DNA of 25,821 bases from Macrostomum lignano (GCA_002269645.1 NIVC01002774.1:1-25821); one strand, 5' to 3'. Numbered from the stretch's first letter, positions 12,301-24,806 are shown. Numbers and translations: made by a program. Notes: generated by a model from the sequence alone, not told the origin.

Positions 12301-15300
12301 CCTTGAAATCACTAAATAGATATGCGAAATCGATCTTTTGCTAATCCCACCACAGGTTCCAGTGAAAAGAAGAAACGAAACCCATTGACTAAATTGGCAG
12401 TCGACTCAATCGATGCCGACTGCAACGGACCTGTCAGCTTCGAACTCAGGAGAGCAGCTAATAGTCTACGAGAGTAATGCTAGATGCCAGAATGCTTCAC
12501 AGCATCAAAGTCTTAAGCAGAAGCTTCAATGAAAGGTTAGTTCATGCTGTGGCTGCATTCGTTTTCGTGTCTAGAAGCGTTATAACTTTTTGTACTTTTA
12601 ACTCTCAGATCGGGTCTTAGCAGATTCTATAGCTATGCATGCAAGGGCCCCTCAGAGGAGATGCTTAAACACTGCAGTGCATTTTTCCTAGCAATTATTG
12701 GGACACGAAGTGTTGGGCCACTGTGTGTGTGTCTAGTTTTTTCCGCATTTGTTAAGTCACCTAAAGAACTCAATTAATAAAGGGCTCCAGAACAAATTGA
12801 TGGGCAAACGGATGACACACTGCACAGAGACTTGTTGGGACATATTAAAAACAGCTTATTTTAGAATGGGTACACTTTACTAAAGTAGAATGCTCCTACA
12901 GAAAGCTGCAAGCAAACTAGCATCTTCTGGAGCTGACATGCAGAGAAGAATGATTTTGTCGTCCTTGAAATCACTAAATAGATATGCGAAATCGATCTTT
13001 TGCTAATCCCACCACAGGTTCCAGTGAAAAGAAGAAACGAAACCCATTGACTAAATTGGCAGTCGACTCAATCGATGCCGACTGCAACGGACCTGTCAGC
13101 TTCGAACTCAGGAGAGCAGCTAATAGTCTACGAGAGTAATGCTAGATGCCAGAATGCTTCACAGCATCAAAGTCTTAAGCAGAAGCTTCAATGAAAGGTT
13201 AGTTCATGCTGTGGCTGCATTCGTTTTCGTGTCTAGAAGCGTTATAACTTTTTGTACTTTTAACTCTCAGATCGGGTCTTAGCAGATTCTATAGCTATGC
13301 ATGCAAGGGCCCCTCAGAGGAGATGCTTAAACACTGCAGTGCATTTTTCCTAGCAATTATTGGGACACGAAGTGTTGGGCCACTGTGTGTGTGTCTAGTT
13401 TTTTCCGCATTTGTTAAGTCACCTAAAGAACTCAATTAATAAAGGGCTCCAGAACAAATTGATGGGCAAACGGATGACACACTGCACAGAGACTTGTTGG
13501 GACATATTAAAAACAGCTTATTTTAGAATGGGTACACTTTACTAAAGTAGAATGCTCCTACAGAAAGCTGCAAGCAAACTAGCATCTTCTGGAGCTGACA
13601 TGCAGAGAAGAATGATTTTGTCGTCCTTGAAATCACTAAATAGATATGCGAAATCGATCTTTTGCTAATCCCACCACAGGTTCCAGTGAAAAGAAGAAAC
13701 GAAACCCATTGACTAAATTGGCAGTCGACTCAATCGATGCCGACTGCAACGGACCTGTCAGCTTCGAACTCAGGAGAGCAGCTAATAGTCTACGAGAGTA
13801 ATGCTAGATGCCAGAATGCTTCACAGCATCAAAGTCTTAAGCAGAAGCTTCAATGAAAGGTTAGTTCATGCTGTGGCTGCATTCGTTTTCGTGTCTAGAA
13901 GCGTTATAACTTTTTGTACTTTTAACTCTCAGATCGGGTCTTAGCAGATTCTATAGCTATGCATGCAAGGGCCCCTCAGAGGAGATGCTTAAACACTGCA
14001 GTGCATTTTTCCTAGCAATTATTGGGACACGAAGTGTTGGGCCACTGTGTGTGTGTCTAGTTTTTTCCGCATTTGTTAAGTCACCTAAAGAACTCAATTA
14101 ATAAAGGGCTCCAGAACAAATTGATGGGCAAACGGATGACACACTGCACAGAGACTTGTTGGGACATATTAAAAACAGCTTATTTTAGAATGGGTACACT
14201 TTACTAAAGTAGAATGCTCCTACAGAAAGCTGCAAGCAAACTAGCATCTTCTGGAGCTGACATGCAGAGAAGAATGATTTTGTCGTCCTTGAAATCACTA
14301 AATAGATATGCGAAATCGATCTTTTGCTAATCCCACCACAGGTTCCAGTGAAAAGAAGAAACGAAACCCATTGACTAAATTGGCAGTCGACTCAATCGAT
14401 GCCGACTGCAACGGACCTGTCAGCTTCGAACTCAGGAGAGCAGCTAATAGTCTACGAGAGTAATGCTAGATGCCAGAATGCTTCACAGCATCAAAGTCTT
14501 AAGCAGAAGCTTCAATGAAAGGTTAGTTCATGCTGTGGCTGCATTCGTTTTCGTGTCTAGAAGCGTTATAACTTTTTGTACTTTTAACTCTCAGATCGGG
14601 TCTTAGCAGATTCTATAGCTATGCATGCAAGGGCCCCTCAGAGGAGATGCTTAAACACTGCAGTGCATTTTTCCTAGCAATTATTGGGACACGAAGTGTT
14701 GGGCCACTGTGTGTGTGTCTAGTTTTTTCCGCATTTGTTAAGTCACCTAAAGAACTCAATTAATAAAGGGCTCCAGAACAAATTGATGGGCAAACGGATG
14801 ACACACTGCACAGAGACTTGTTGGGACATATTAAAAACAGCTTATTTTAGAATGGGTACACTTTACTAAAGTAGAATGCTCCTACAGAAAGCTGCAAGCA
14901 AACTAGCATCTTCTGGAGCTGACATGCAGAGAAGAATGATTTTGTCGTCCTTGAAATCACTAAATAGATATGCGAAATCGATCTTTTGCTAATCCCACCA
15001 CAGGTTCCAGTGAAAAGAAGAAACGAAACCCATTGACTAAATTGGCAGTCGACTCAATCGATGCCGACTGCAACGGACCTGTCAGCTTCGAACTCAGGAG
15101 AGCAGCTAATAGTCTACGAGAGTAATGCTAGATGCCAGAATGCTTCACAGCATCAAAGTCTTAAGCAGAAGCTTCAATGAAAGGTTAGTTCATGCTGTGG
15201 CTGCATTCGTTTTCGTGTCTAGAAGCGTTATAACTTTTTGTACTTTTAACTCTCAGATCGGGTCTTAGCAGATTCTATAGCTATGCATGCAAGGGCCCCT

Positions 15301-18300
15301 CAGAGGAGATGCTTAAACACTGCAGTGCATTTTTCCTAGCAATTATTGGGACACGAAGTGTTGGGCCACTGTGTGTGTGTCTAGTTTTTTCCGCATTTGT
15401 TAAGTCACCTAAAGAACTCAATTAATAAAGGGCTCCAGAACAAATTGATGGGCAAACGGATGACACACTGCACAGAGACTTGTTGGGACATATTAAAAAC
15501 AGCTTATTTTAGAATGGGTACACTTTACTAAAGTAGAATGCTCCTACAGAAAGCTGCAAGCAAACTAGCATCTTCTGGAGCTGACATGCAGAGAAGAATG
15601 ATTTTGTCGTCCTTGAAATCACTAAATAGATATGCGAAATCGATCTTTTGCTAATCCCACCACAGGTTCCAGTGAAAAGAAGAAACGAAACCCATTGACT
15701 AAATTGGCAGTCGACTCAATCGATGCCGACTGCAACGGACCTGTCAGCTTCGAACTCAGGAGAGCAGCTAATAGTCTACGAGAGTAATGCTAGATGCCAG
15801 AATGCTTCACAGCATCAAAGTCTTAAGCAGAAGCTTCAATGAAAGGTTAGTTCATGCTGTGGCTGCATTCGTTTTCGTGTCTAGAAGCGTTATAACTTTT
15901 TGTACTTTTAACTCTCAGATCGGGTCTTAGCAGATTCTATAGCTATGCATGCAAGGGCCCCTCAGAGGAGATGCTTAAACACTGCAGTGCATTTTTCCTA
16001 GCAATTATTGGGACACGAAGTGTTGGGCCACTGTGTGTGTGTCTAGTTTTTTCCGCATTTGTTAAGTCACCTAAAGAACTCAATTAATAAAGGGCTCCAG
16101 AACAAATTGATGGGCAAACGGATGACACACTGCACAGAGACTTGTTGGGACATATTAAAAACAGCTTATTTTAGAATGGGTACACTTTACTAAAGTAGAA
16201 TGCTCCTACAGAAAGCTGCAAGCAAACTAGCATCTTCTGGAGCTGACATGCAGAGAAGAATGATTTTGTCGTCCTTGAAATCACTAAATAGATATGCGAA
16301 ATCGATCTTTTGCTAATCCCACCACAGGTTCCAGTGAAAAGAAGAAACGAAACCCATTGACTAAATTGGCAGTCGACTCAATCGATGCCGACTGCAACGG
16401 ACCTGTCAGCTTCGAACTCAGGAGAGCAGCTAATAGTCTACGAGAGTAATGCTAGATGCCAGAATGCTTCACAGCATCAAAGTCTTAAGCAGAAGCTTCA
16501 ATGAAAGGTTAGTTCATGCTGTGGCTGCATTCGTTTTCGTGTCTAGAAGCGTTATAACTTTTTGTACTTTTAACTCTCAGATCGGGTCTTAGCAGATTCT
16601 ATAGCTATGCATGCAAGGGCCCCTCAGAGGAGATGCTTAAACACTGCAGTGCATTTTTCCTAGCAATTATTGGGACACGAAGTGTTGGGCCACTGTGTGT
16701 GTGTCTAGTTTTTTCCGCATTTGTTAAGTCACCTAAAGAACTCAATTAATAAAGGGCTCCAGAACAAATTGATGGGCAAACGGATGACACACTGCACAGA
16801 GACTTGTTGGGACATATTAAAAACAGCTTATTTTAGAATGGGTACACTTTACTAAAGTAGAATGCTCCTACAGAAAGCTGCAAGCAAACTAGCATCTTCT
16901 GGAGCTGACATGCAGAGAAGAATGATTTTGTCGTCCTTGAAATCACTAAATAGATATGCGAAATCGATCTTTTGCTAATCCCACCACAGGTTCCAGTGAA
17001 AAGAAGAAACGAAACCCATTGACTAAATTGGCAGTCGACTCAATCGATGCCGACTGCAACGGACCTGTCAGCTTCGAACTCAGGAGAGCAGCTAATAGTC
17101 TACGAGAGTAATGCTAGATGCCAGAATGCTTCACAGCATCAAAGTCTTAAGCAGAAGCTTCAATGAAAGGTTAGTTCATGCTGTGGCTGCATTCGTTTTC
17201 GTGTCTAGAAGCGTTATAACTTTTTGTACTTTTAACTCTCAGATCGGGTCTTAGCAGATTCTATAGCTATGCATGCAAGGGCCCCTCAGAGGAGATGCTT
17301 AAACACTGCAGTGCATTTTTCCTAGCAATTATTGGGACACGAAGTGTTGGGCCACTGTGTGTGTGTCTAGTTTTTTCCGCATTTGTTAAGTCACCTAAAG
17401 AACTCAATTAATAAAGGGCTCCAGAACAAATTGATGGGCAAACGGATGACACACTGCACAGAGACTTGTTGGGACATATTAAAAACAGCTTATTTTAGAA
17501 TGGGTACACTTTACTAAAGTAGAATGCTCCTACAGAAAGCTGCAAGCAAACTAGCATCTTCTGGAGCTGACATGCAGAGAAGAATGATTTTGTCGTCCTT
17601 GAAATCACTAAATAGATATGCGAAATCGATCTTTTGCTAATCCCACCACAGGTTCCAGTGAAAAGAAGAAACGAAACCCATTGACTAAATTGGCAGTCGA
17701 CTCAATCGATGCCGACTGCAACGGACCTGTCAGCTTCGAACTCAGGAGAGCAGCTAATAGTCTACGAGAGTAATGCTAGATGCCAGAATGCTTCACAGCA
17801 TCAAAGTCTTAAGCAGAAGCTTCAATGAAAGGTTAGTTCATGCTGTGGCTGCATTCGTTTTCGTGTCTAGAAGCGTTATAACTTTTTGTACTTTTAACTC
17901 TCAGATCGGGTCTTAGCAGATTCTATAGCTATGCATGCAAGGGCCCCTCAGAGGAGATGCTTAAACACTGCAGTGCATTTTTCCTAGCAATTATTGGGAC
18001 ACGAAGTGTTGGGCCACTGTGTGTGTGTCTAGTTTTTTCCGCATTTGTTAAGTCACCTAAAGAACTCAATTAATAAAGGGCTCCAGAACAAATTGATGGG
18101 CAAACGGATGACACACTGCACAGAGACTTGTTGGGACATATTAAAAACAGCTTATTTTAGAATGGGTACACTTTACTAAAGTAGAATGCTCCTACAGAAA
18201 GCTGCAAGCAAACTAGCATCTTCTGGAGCTGACATGCAGAGAAGAATGATTTTGTCGTCCTTGAAATCACTAAATAGATATGCGAAATCGATCTTTTGCT

Positions 18301-21300
18301 AATCCCACCACAGGTTCCAGTGAAAAGAAGAAACGAAACCCATTGACTAAATTGGCAGTCGACTCAATCGATGCCGACTGCAACGGACCTGTCAGCTTCG
18401 AACTCAGGAGAGCAGCTAATAGTCTACGAGAGTAATGCTAGATGCCAGAATGCTTCACAGCATCAAAGTCTTAAGCAGAAGCTTCAATGAAAGGTTAGTT
18501 CATGCTGTGGCTGCATTCGTTTTCGTGTCTAGAAGCGTTATAACTTTTTGTACTTTTAACTCTCAGATCGGGTCTTAGCAGATTCTATAGCTATGCATGC
18601 AAGGGCCCCTCAGAGGAGATGCTTAAACACTGCAGTGCATTTTTCCTAGCAATTATTGGGACACGAAGTGTTGGGCCACTGTGTGTGTGTCTAGTTTTTT
18701 CCGCATTTGTTAAGTCACCTAAAGAACTCAATTAATAAAGGGCTCCAGAACAAATTGATGGGCAAACGGATGACACACTGCACAGAGACTTGTTGGGACA
18801 TATTAAAAACAGCTTATTTTAGAATGGGTACACTTTACTAAAGTAGAATGCTCCTACAGAAAGCTGCAAGCAAACTAGCATCTTCTGGAGCTGACATGCA
18901 GAGAAGAATGATTTTGTCGTCCTTGAAATCACTAAATAGATATGCGAAATCGATCTTTTGCTAATCCCACCACAGGTTCCAGTGAAAAGAAGAAACGAAA
19001 CCCATTGACTAAATTGGCAGTCGACTCAATCGATGCCGACTGCAACGGACCTGTCAGCTTCGAACTCAGGAGAGCAGCTAATAGTCTACGAGAGTAATGC
19101 TAGATGCCAGAATGCTTCACAGCATCAAAGTCTTAAGCAGAAGCTTCAATGAAAGGTTAGTTCATGCTGTGGCTGCATTCGTTTTCGTGTCTAGAAGCGT
19201 TATAACTTTTTGTACTTTTAACTCTCAGATCGGGTCTTAGCAGATTCTATAGCTATGCATGCAAGGGCCCCTCAGAGGAGATGCTTAAACACTGCAGTGC
19301 ATTTTTCCTAGCAATTATTGGGACACGAAGTGTTGGGCCACTGTGTGTGTGTCTAGTTTTTTCCGCATTTGTTAAGTCACCTAAAGAACTCAATTAATAA
19401 AGGGCTCCAGAACAAATTGATGGGCAAACGGATGACACACTGCACAGAGACTTGTTGGGACATATTAAAAACAGCTTATTTTAGAATGGGTACACTTTAC
19501 TAAAGTAGAATGCTCCTACAGAAAGCTGCAAGCAAACTAGCATCTTCTGGAGCTGACATGCAGAGAAGAATGATTTTGTCGTCCTTGAAATCACTAAATA
19601 GATATGCGAAATCGATCTTTTGCTAATCCCACCACAGGTTCCAGTGAAAAGAAGAAACGAAACCCATTGACTAAATTGGCAGTCGACTCAATCGATGCCG
19701 ACTGCAACGGACCTGTCAGCTTCGAACTCAGGAGAGCAGCTAATAGTCTACGAGAGTAATGCTAGATGCCAGAATGCTTCACAGCATCAAAGTCTTAAGC
19801 AGAAGCTTCAATGAAAGGTTAGTTCATGCTGTGGCTGCATTCGTTTTCGTGTCTAGAAGCGTTATAACTTTTTGTACTTTTAACTCTCAGATCGGGTCTT
19901 AGCAGATTCTATAGCTATGCATGCAAGGGCCCCTCAGAGGAGATGCTTAAACACTGCAGTGCATTTTTCCTAGCAATTATTGGGACACGAAGTGTTGGGC
20001 CACTGTGTGTGTGTCTAGTTTTTTCCGCATTTGTTAAGTCACCTAAAGAACTCAATTAATAAAGGGCTCCAGAACAAATTGATGGGCAAACGGATGACAC
20101 ACTGCACAGAGACTTGTTGGGACATATTAAAAACAGCTTATTTTAGAATGGGTACACTTTACTAAAGTAGAATGCTCCTACAGAAAGCTGCAAGCAAACT
20201 AGCATCTTCTGGAGCTGACATGCAGAGAAGAATGATTTTGTCGTCCTTGAAATCACTAAATAGATATGCGAAATCGATCTTTTGCTAATCCCACCACAGG
20301 TTCCAGTGAAAAGAAGAAACGAAACCCATTGACTAAATTGGCAGTCGACTCAATCGATGCCGACTGCAACGGACCTGTCAGCTTCGAACTCAGGAGAGCA
20401 GCTAATAGTCTACGAGAGTAATGCTAGATGCCAGAATGCTTCACAGCATCAAAGTCTTAAGCAGAAGCTTCAATGAAAGGTTAGTTCATGCTGTGGCTGC
20501 ATTCGTTTTCGTGTCTAGAAGCGTTATAACTTTTTGTACTTTTAACTCTCAGATCGGGTCTTAGCAGATTCTATAGCTATGCATGCAAGGGCCCCTCAGA
20601 GGAGATGCTTAAACACTGCAGTGCATTTTTCCTAGCAATTATTGGGACACGAAGTGTTGGGCCACTGTGTGTGTGTCTAGTTTTTTCCGCATTTGTTAAG
20701 TCACCTAAAGAACTCAATTAATAAAGGGCTCCAGAACAAATTGATGGGCAAACGGATGACACACTGCACAGAGACTTGTTGGGACATATTAAAAACAGCT
20801 TATTTTAGAATGGGTACACTTTACTAAAGTAGAATGCTCCTACAGAAAGCTGCAAGCAAACTAGCATCTTCTGGAGCTGACATGCAGAGAAGAATGATTT
20901 TGTCGTCCTTGAAATCACTAAATAGATATGCGAAATCGATCTTTTGCTAATCCCACCACAGGTTCCAGTGAAAAGAAGAAACGAAACCCATTGACTAAAT
21001 TGGCAGTCGACTCAATCGATGCCGACTGCAACGACCTGTCAGCTTCGAACTCAGGAGAGCAGCTAATAGTCTACGAGAGTAATGCTAGATGCCAGAATGC
21101 TTCACAGCATCAAAGTCTTAAGCAGAAGCTTCAATGAAAGGTTAGTTCATGCTGTGGCTGCATTCGTTTTCGTGTCTAGAAGCGTTATAACTTTTTGTAC
21201 TTTTAACTCTCAGATCGGGTCTTAGCAGATTCTATAGCTATGCATGCAAGGGCCCCTCAGAGGAGATGCTTAAACACTGCAGTGCATTTTTCCTAGCAAT

Positions 21301-23085
21301 TATTGGGACACGAAGTGTTGGGCCACTGTGTGTGTGTCTAGTTTTTTCCGCATTTGTTAAGTCACCTAAAGAACTCAATTAATAAAGGGCTCCAGAACAA
21401 ATTGATGGGCAAACGGATGACACACTGCACAGAGACTTGTTGGGACATATTAAAAACAGCTTATTTTAGAATGGGTACACTTTACTAAAGTAGAATGCTC
21501 CTACAGAAAGCTGCAAGCAAACTAGCATCTTCTGGAGCTGACATGCAGAGAAGAATGATTTTGTCGTCCTTGAAATCACTAAACAGATATGCGAAATCGA
21601 TCTTTTGCTAATCCCACCACAGGTTCCAGTGAAAAGAAGAAACGAAACCCATTGACTAAATTGGCAGTCGACTCAATCGATGCCGACTGCAACGACCTGT
21701 CAGCTTCGAACTCAGGAGAGCAGCTAATAGTCTACGAGAGTAATGCTAGATGCCAGAATGCTTCACAGCATCAAAGTCTTAAGCAGAAGCTTCAATGAAA
21801 GGTTAGTTCATGCTGTGGCTGCATTCGTTTTCGTGTCTAGAAGCGTTATAACTTTTTGTACTTTTAACTCTCAGATCGGGTCTTAGCAGATTCTATAGCT
21901 ATGCATGCAAGGGCCCCTCAGAGGAGATGCTTAAACACTGCAGTGCATTTTTCCTAGCAATTATTGGGACACGAAGTGTTGGGCCACTGTGTGTGTGTCT
22001 AGTTTTTTCCGCATTTGTTAAGTCACCTAAAGAACTCAATTAATAAAGGGCTCCAGAACAAATTGATGGGCAAACGGATGACACACTGCACAGAGACTTG
22101 TTGGGACATATTAAAAACAGCTTATTTTAGAATGGGTATACTTTACTAAAGTAGAATGCTCCTACAGAAAGCTGCAAGCAAACTAGCATCTTCTGGAGCT
22201 GACATGCAGAGAAGAATGATTTTGTCGTCCTTGAAATCACTAAACAGATATGCGAAATCGATCTTTTGCTAATCCCACCACAGGTTCCAGTGAAAAGAAG
22301 AAACGAAACCCATTGACTAAATTGGCAGTCGACTCAATCGATGCCGACTGCAACGACCTGTCAGCTTCGAACTCAGGAGAGCAGCTAATAGTCTACGAGA
22401 GTAATGCTAGATGCCAGAATGCTTCACAGCATCAAAGTCTTAAGCAGAAGCTTCAATGAAAGGTTAGTTCATGCTGTGGCTGCATTCGTTTTCGTGTCTA
22501 GAAGCGTTATAACTTTTTGTACTTTTAACTCTCAGATCGGGTCTTAGCAGATTCTATAGCTATGCATGCAAGGGCCCCTCAGAAGAGATGCTTAAACACT
22601 GCAGTGCATTTTTCCTAGCAATTATTGGGACACGAAGTGTTGGGCCACTGTGTGTGTGTCTAGTTTTTTCCGCATTTGTTAAGTCACCTAAAGAACTCAA
22701 TTAATAAAGGGCTCCAGAACAAATTGATGGGCAAACGGATGACACACTGCACAGAGACTTGTTGGGACAGATTAAAAACAGCTTATTTTAGAATGGGTAT
22801 ACTTTACTAAAGTAGAATGCTCCTACAGAAAGCTGCAAGCAAACTAGCATCTTCTGGAGCTGACATGCAGAGAAGAATGATTTTGTCGTCCTTGAAATCA
22901 CTAAATCGATATGCGAAATCGATCTTTTGCTAATCCCACCACAGGTTCCAGTGAAAAGAAGAAACGAAACCCATTGACTAAATTGGCAGTCGACTCAATC
23001 GATGCCGACTGCAACTGACCTGTCAGCTTCGAACTCAGGAGAGCAGCTAATAGTCTACGACCGTAATGCTGGATGCCAGAGTGCT
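3302..23085. repeat. Tandem array (macro/satellite-like) of a 661-664 bp unit: 29 complete units plus a truncated 30th
   Basis: The marker ACTCTCAG recurs at 3321, 3985, 4649, 5313, 5977, 6641, 7303, 7967, 8629, then every 662 bp to 20545, then at 21206, 21867 and 22528. Unit lengths are 6 x 664, 20 x 662 and 3 x 661. Homology starts at TTATAA (3302) and ends at GTGCT (23085). Confidence 0.99.
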
Positions 23086-23585
23086 CTAAATAACGAGACT
23101 CCTGTTTTCTCACTCGACCGGAATTTGTTGTTTAATCTGCAGCTTAACTAATCTCTGCGTTTCAGTTTTTCAGTTTCACTGTCAATTTTAGGTTTTTTTC
23201 TAAGCGCAAGTGTAATTGAATTTTTTATTCATATTAGTCAGGCATATTGCGTACAGCATTATAGCGTATTAGTAAAGGTAAAGGTAAATAGACTGCTTGT
23301 AACTAGTTTTTCCTTCATGTGGATTGGCTTTAACGAAGCCTTTTGTATTTCAAGTGATGCTGAATTCGCTGGACTGAGGACAATATAGTTACACGATGAT
23401 ATGCTATTCCTTCACTTTCAATAGATCATACTATTAGTATGGGACGTGCTTTTTTATTTCAATGTATGCTTTTTTTCATCATTTAAATGCTAAAAATACT
23501 TAATAGGTCATTGCACTGTGTGTATGTGTGTGTTTTCGTGTGTCAAAAAAAATTGCAAAATAAGTGCCCACCATTGTATACCGTA

Positions 23586-23602
23586 CCAACAAGTGCCCGG
23601 TG
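23586..23602 (-). repeat. Right terminal inverted repeat (candidate)
   Basis: CCAACAAGTGCCCGGTG. A second AAGTGCCC lies 29 bp inward (23562-23569). Confidence 0.6.
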
Positions 23603-23608
23603 CGTGAT

Positions 23609-23627
23609 TGTGTGTGTGTGCGCGCGC
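23609..23627. repeat. (TG)6(CG)3C short microsatellite
   Basis: Direct reading. Same strand orientation as the (GT)17 tract at the left end of the element. Confidence 0.85.
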
Positions 23628-24806
23628 TTGCTGCGATAAAATAGATATTTCACGCTCCCGTATATCTACCAGGCAGTTGCTGAAATGAGAGCTGGGGAGG
23701 CCAGCGAATTGCGAGCATAATGGGGTCTGGGGAATCAACTAGTCTCACTGCATTGTAAAAATATAGCGAACCTATTACAGCTGGTGGAGTTGACTCAGGC
23801 AAAGTGAAGCCCGGGGCAGGAAAGACAGAGCTGGGTTCCCATTGAGCTGTCTGGCGGAGGTGACAATGGGTCAGTGAATAGCACTTGCACTCCACCCCCC
23901 CCCCCCGCTTGTCCCACCCGATCCTAATTGCTGCTGAATTCAGAGCTAAGCAAACGCGCGGTCATTGGGATTATAGGAAGTGAGCTGATCATGTTGGGGT
24001 GTTGCATTAATGCGTGTTTATATTCCCCACGCCAGGAAACTTAAGTCCGGATTCTGGGACACATTATTTGGGAGAATATTGCTAGCGTTGAGTGGCAGAG
24101 GGCAAATTTTATGCGGGATGGGAATCTTCATAAAAAGCATCTCGTCATCAATAGTGGGCCAATGTCCGTAAATTTTCATGCCTCGGAGTTGCATGCATTA
24201 GCGGGGAAATTTTGGAGAATGACTAATAAATCCTCGAGATTGTAAAACACAAAAAACTGTTGAAATTCTGCGGAAGCACCCCCCCCCAGCATTGCATGTG
24301 CCGCTCTCATTTCATTATCTGCCTCTTCAGTGCTTTTCCTAATTTCCCCAAGCTATCCACGCTGTCCTTATTGGCGATCCAAATTGAATTCCTGGAGAAA
24401 ATCACCATGGAAATTGGATTTATCTTTTAGGTATTTTCGTTTGGGAGTTTGCAATAGTCTGGGATTTCCAAGAATCGCCAATTTCTTCAGCCCCGATAAG
24501 GCTCTCAGTGGCTATTTGGTCTTGACTGCCATAGCTAGGGATGCTGGAACGGCTTGGCATCTGATTACGCAATCGATCGAGCAGAAACTGTGCATCGGTG
24601 TCTGGGGCAAGCAGTTTTTATTGTGCGCCATTTCCGATTTCGATTGCATTCCTTTCCTGACTTTTTTAGGGCAGAAAAAGCTGACGTAAAATATTTTCTT
24701 TAAAAAACTTCTACTTTTGAACCGGGATGCATTATCTGTTCTTGTTTTCGATTTTTGTGATGCAATAGTCTGGTAGTGTAAGCCCATGAGAGTAACCGGA
24801 TAGCAT

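Larger units (their letters stand above)
2127..23602. mobile_element. Putative non-autonomous CACTA/EnSpm (CMC superfamily)-like DNA transposon, about 2.27 kb core expanded to 21,476 bp by an internal tandem array
   Basis: The left end CACGGGGCATTTGTTGG (2127-2143) matches the reverse complement of the right end, CACCGGGCACTTGTTGG (23586-23602), at 15/17. Gapped similarity continues inward (TACG...ATACAA.GG). CG lies immediately outside both ends (2125-2126, 23603-23604). The reconstructed empty site is a continuous degenerate TG tract, and clustered subterminal 9-mers lie at the left end. CAC termini, a short TSD and subterminal repeats are known CACTA/CMC traits. No transposase was recognised, so the family assignment is inference. 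Confidence 0.6.

Noticed and set aside
3302-23085. Array as CRISPR, rDNA/5S, snRNA, tRNA or histone cluster
   Set aside because: There are no variable spacers and no cas genes. I recognise no rRNA, snRNA or tRNA sequence and no histone ORF in the unit. An Rfam/Infernal scan would close this formally.
23514-23544. CACTGTGTGT and GTTTTCGTGT 10-mers shared between the right arm and the array unit
   Set aside because: Both are TG-rich low-complexity words and are not collinear with the unit, so this is too weak to claim homology.
23650-24787. ORFs of 81, 119 and 91 aa and C12/C9 homopolymers in the right unique flank
   Set aside because: No recognisable domains or convincing exon structure. The C runs (23895-23906, 24279-24287) are isolated and do not form a four-tract G-quadruplex motif.
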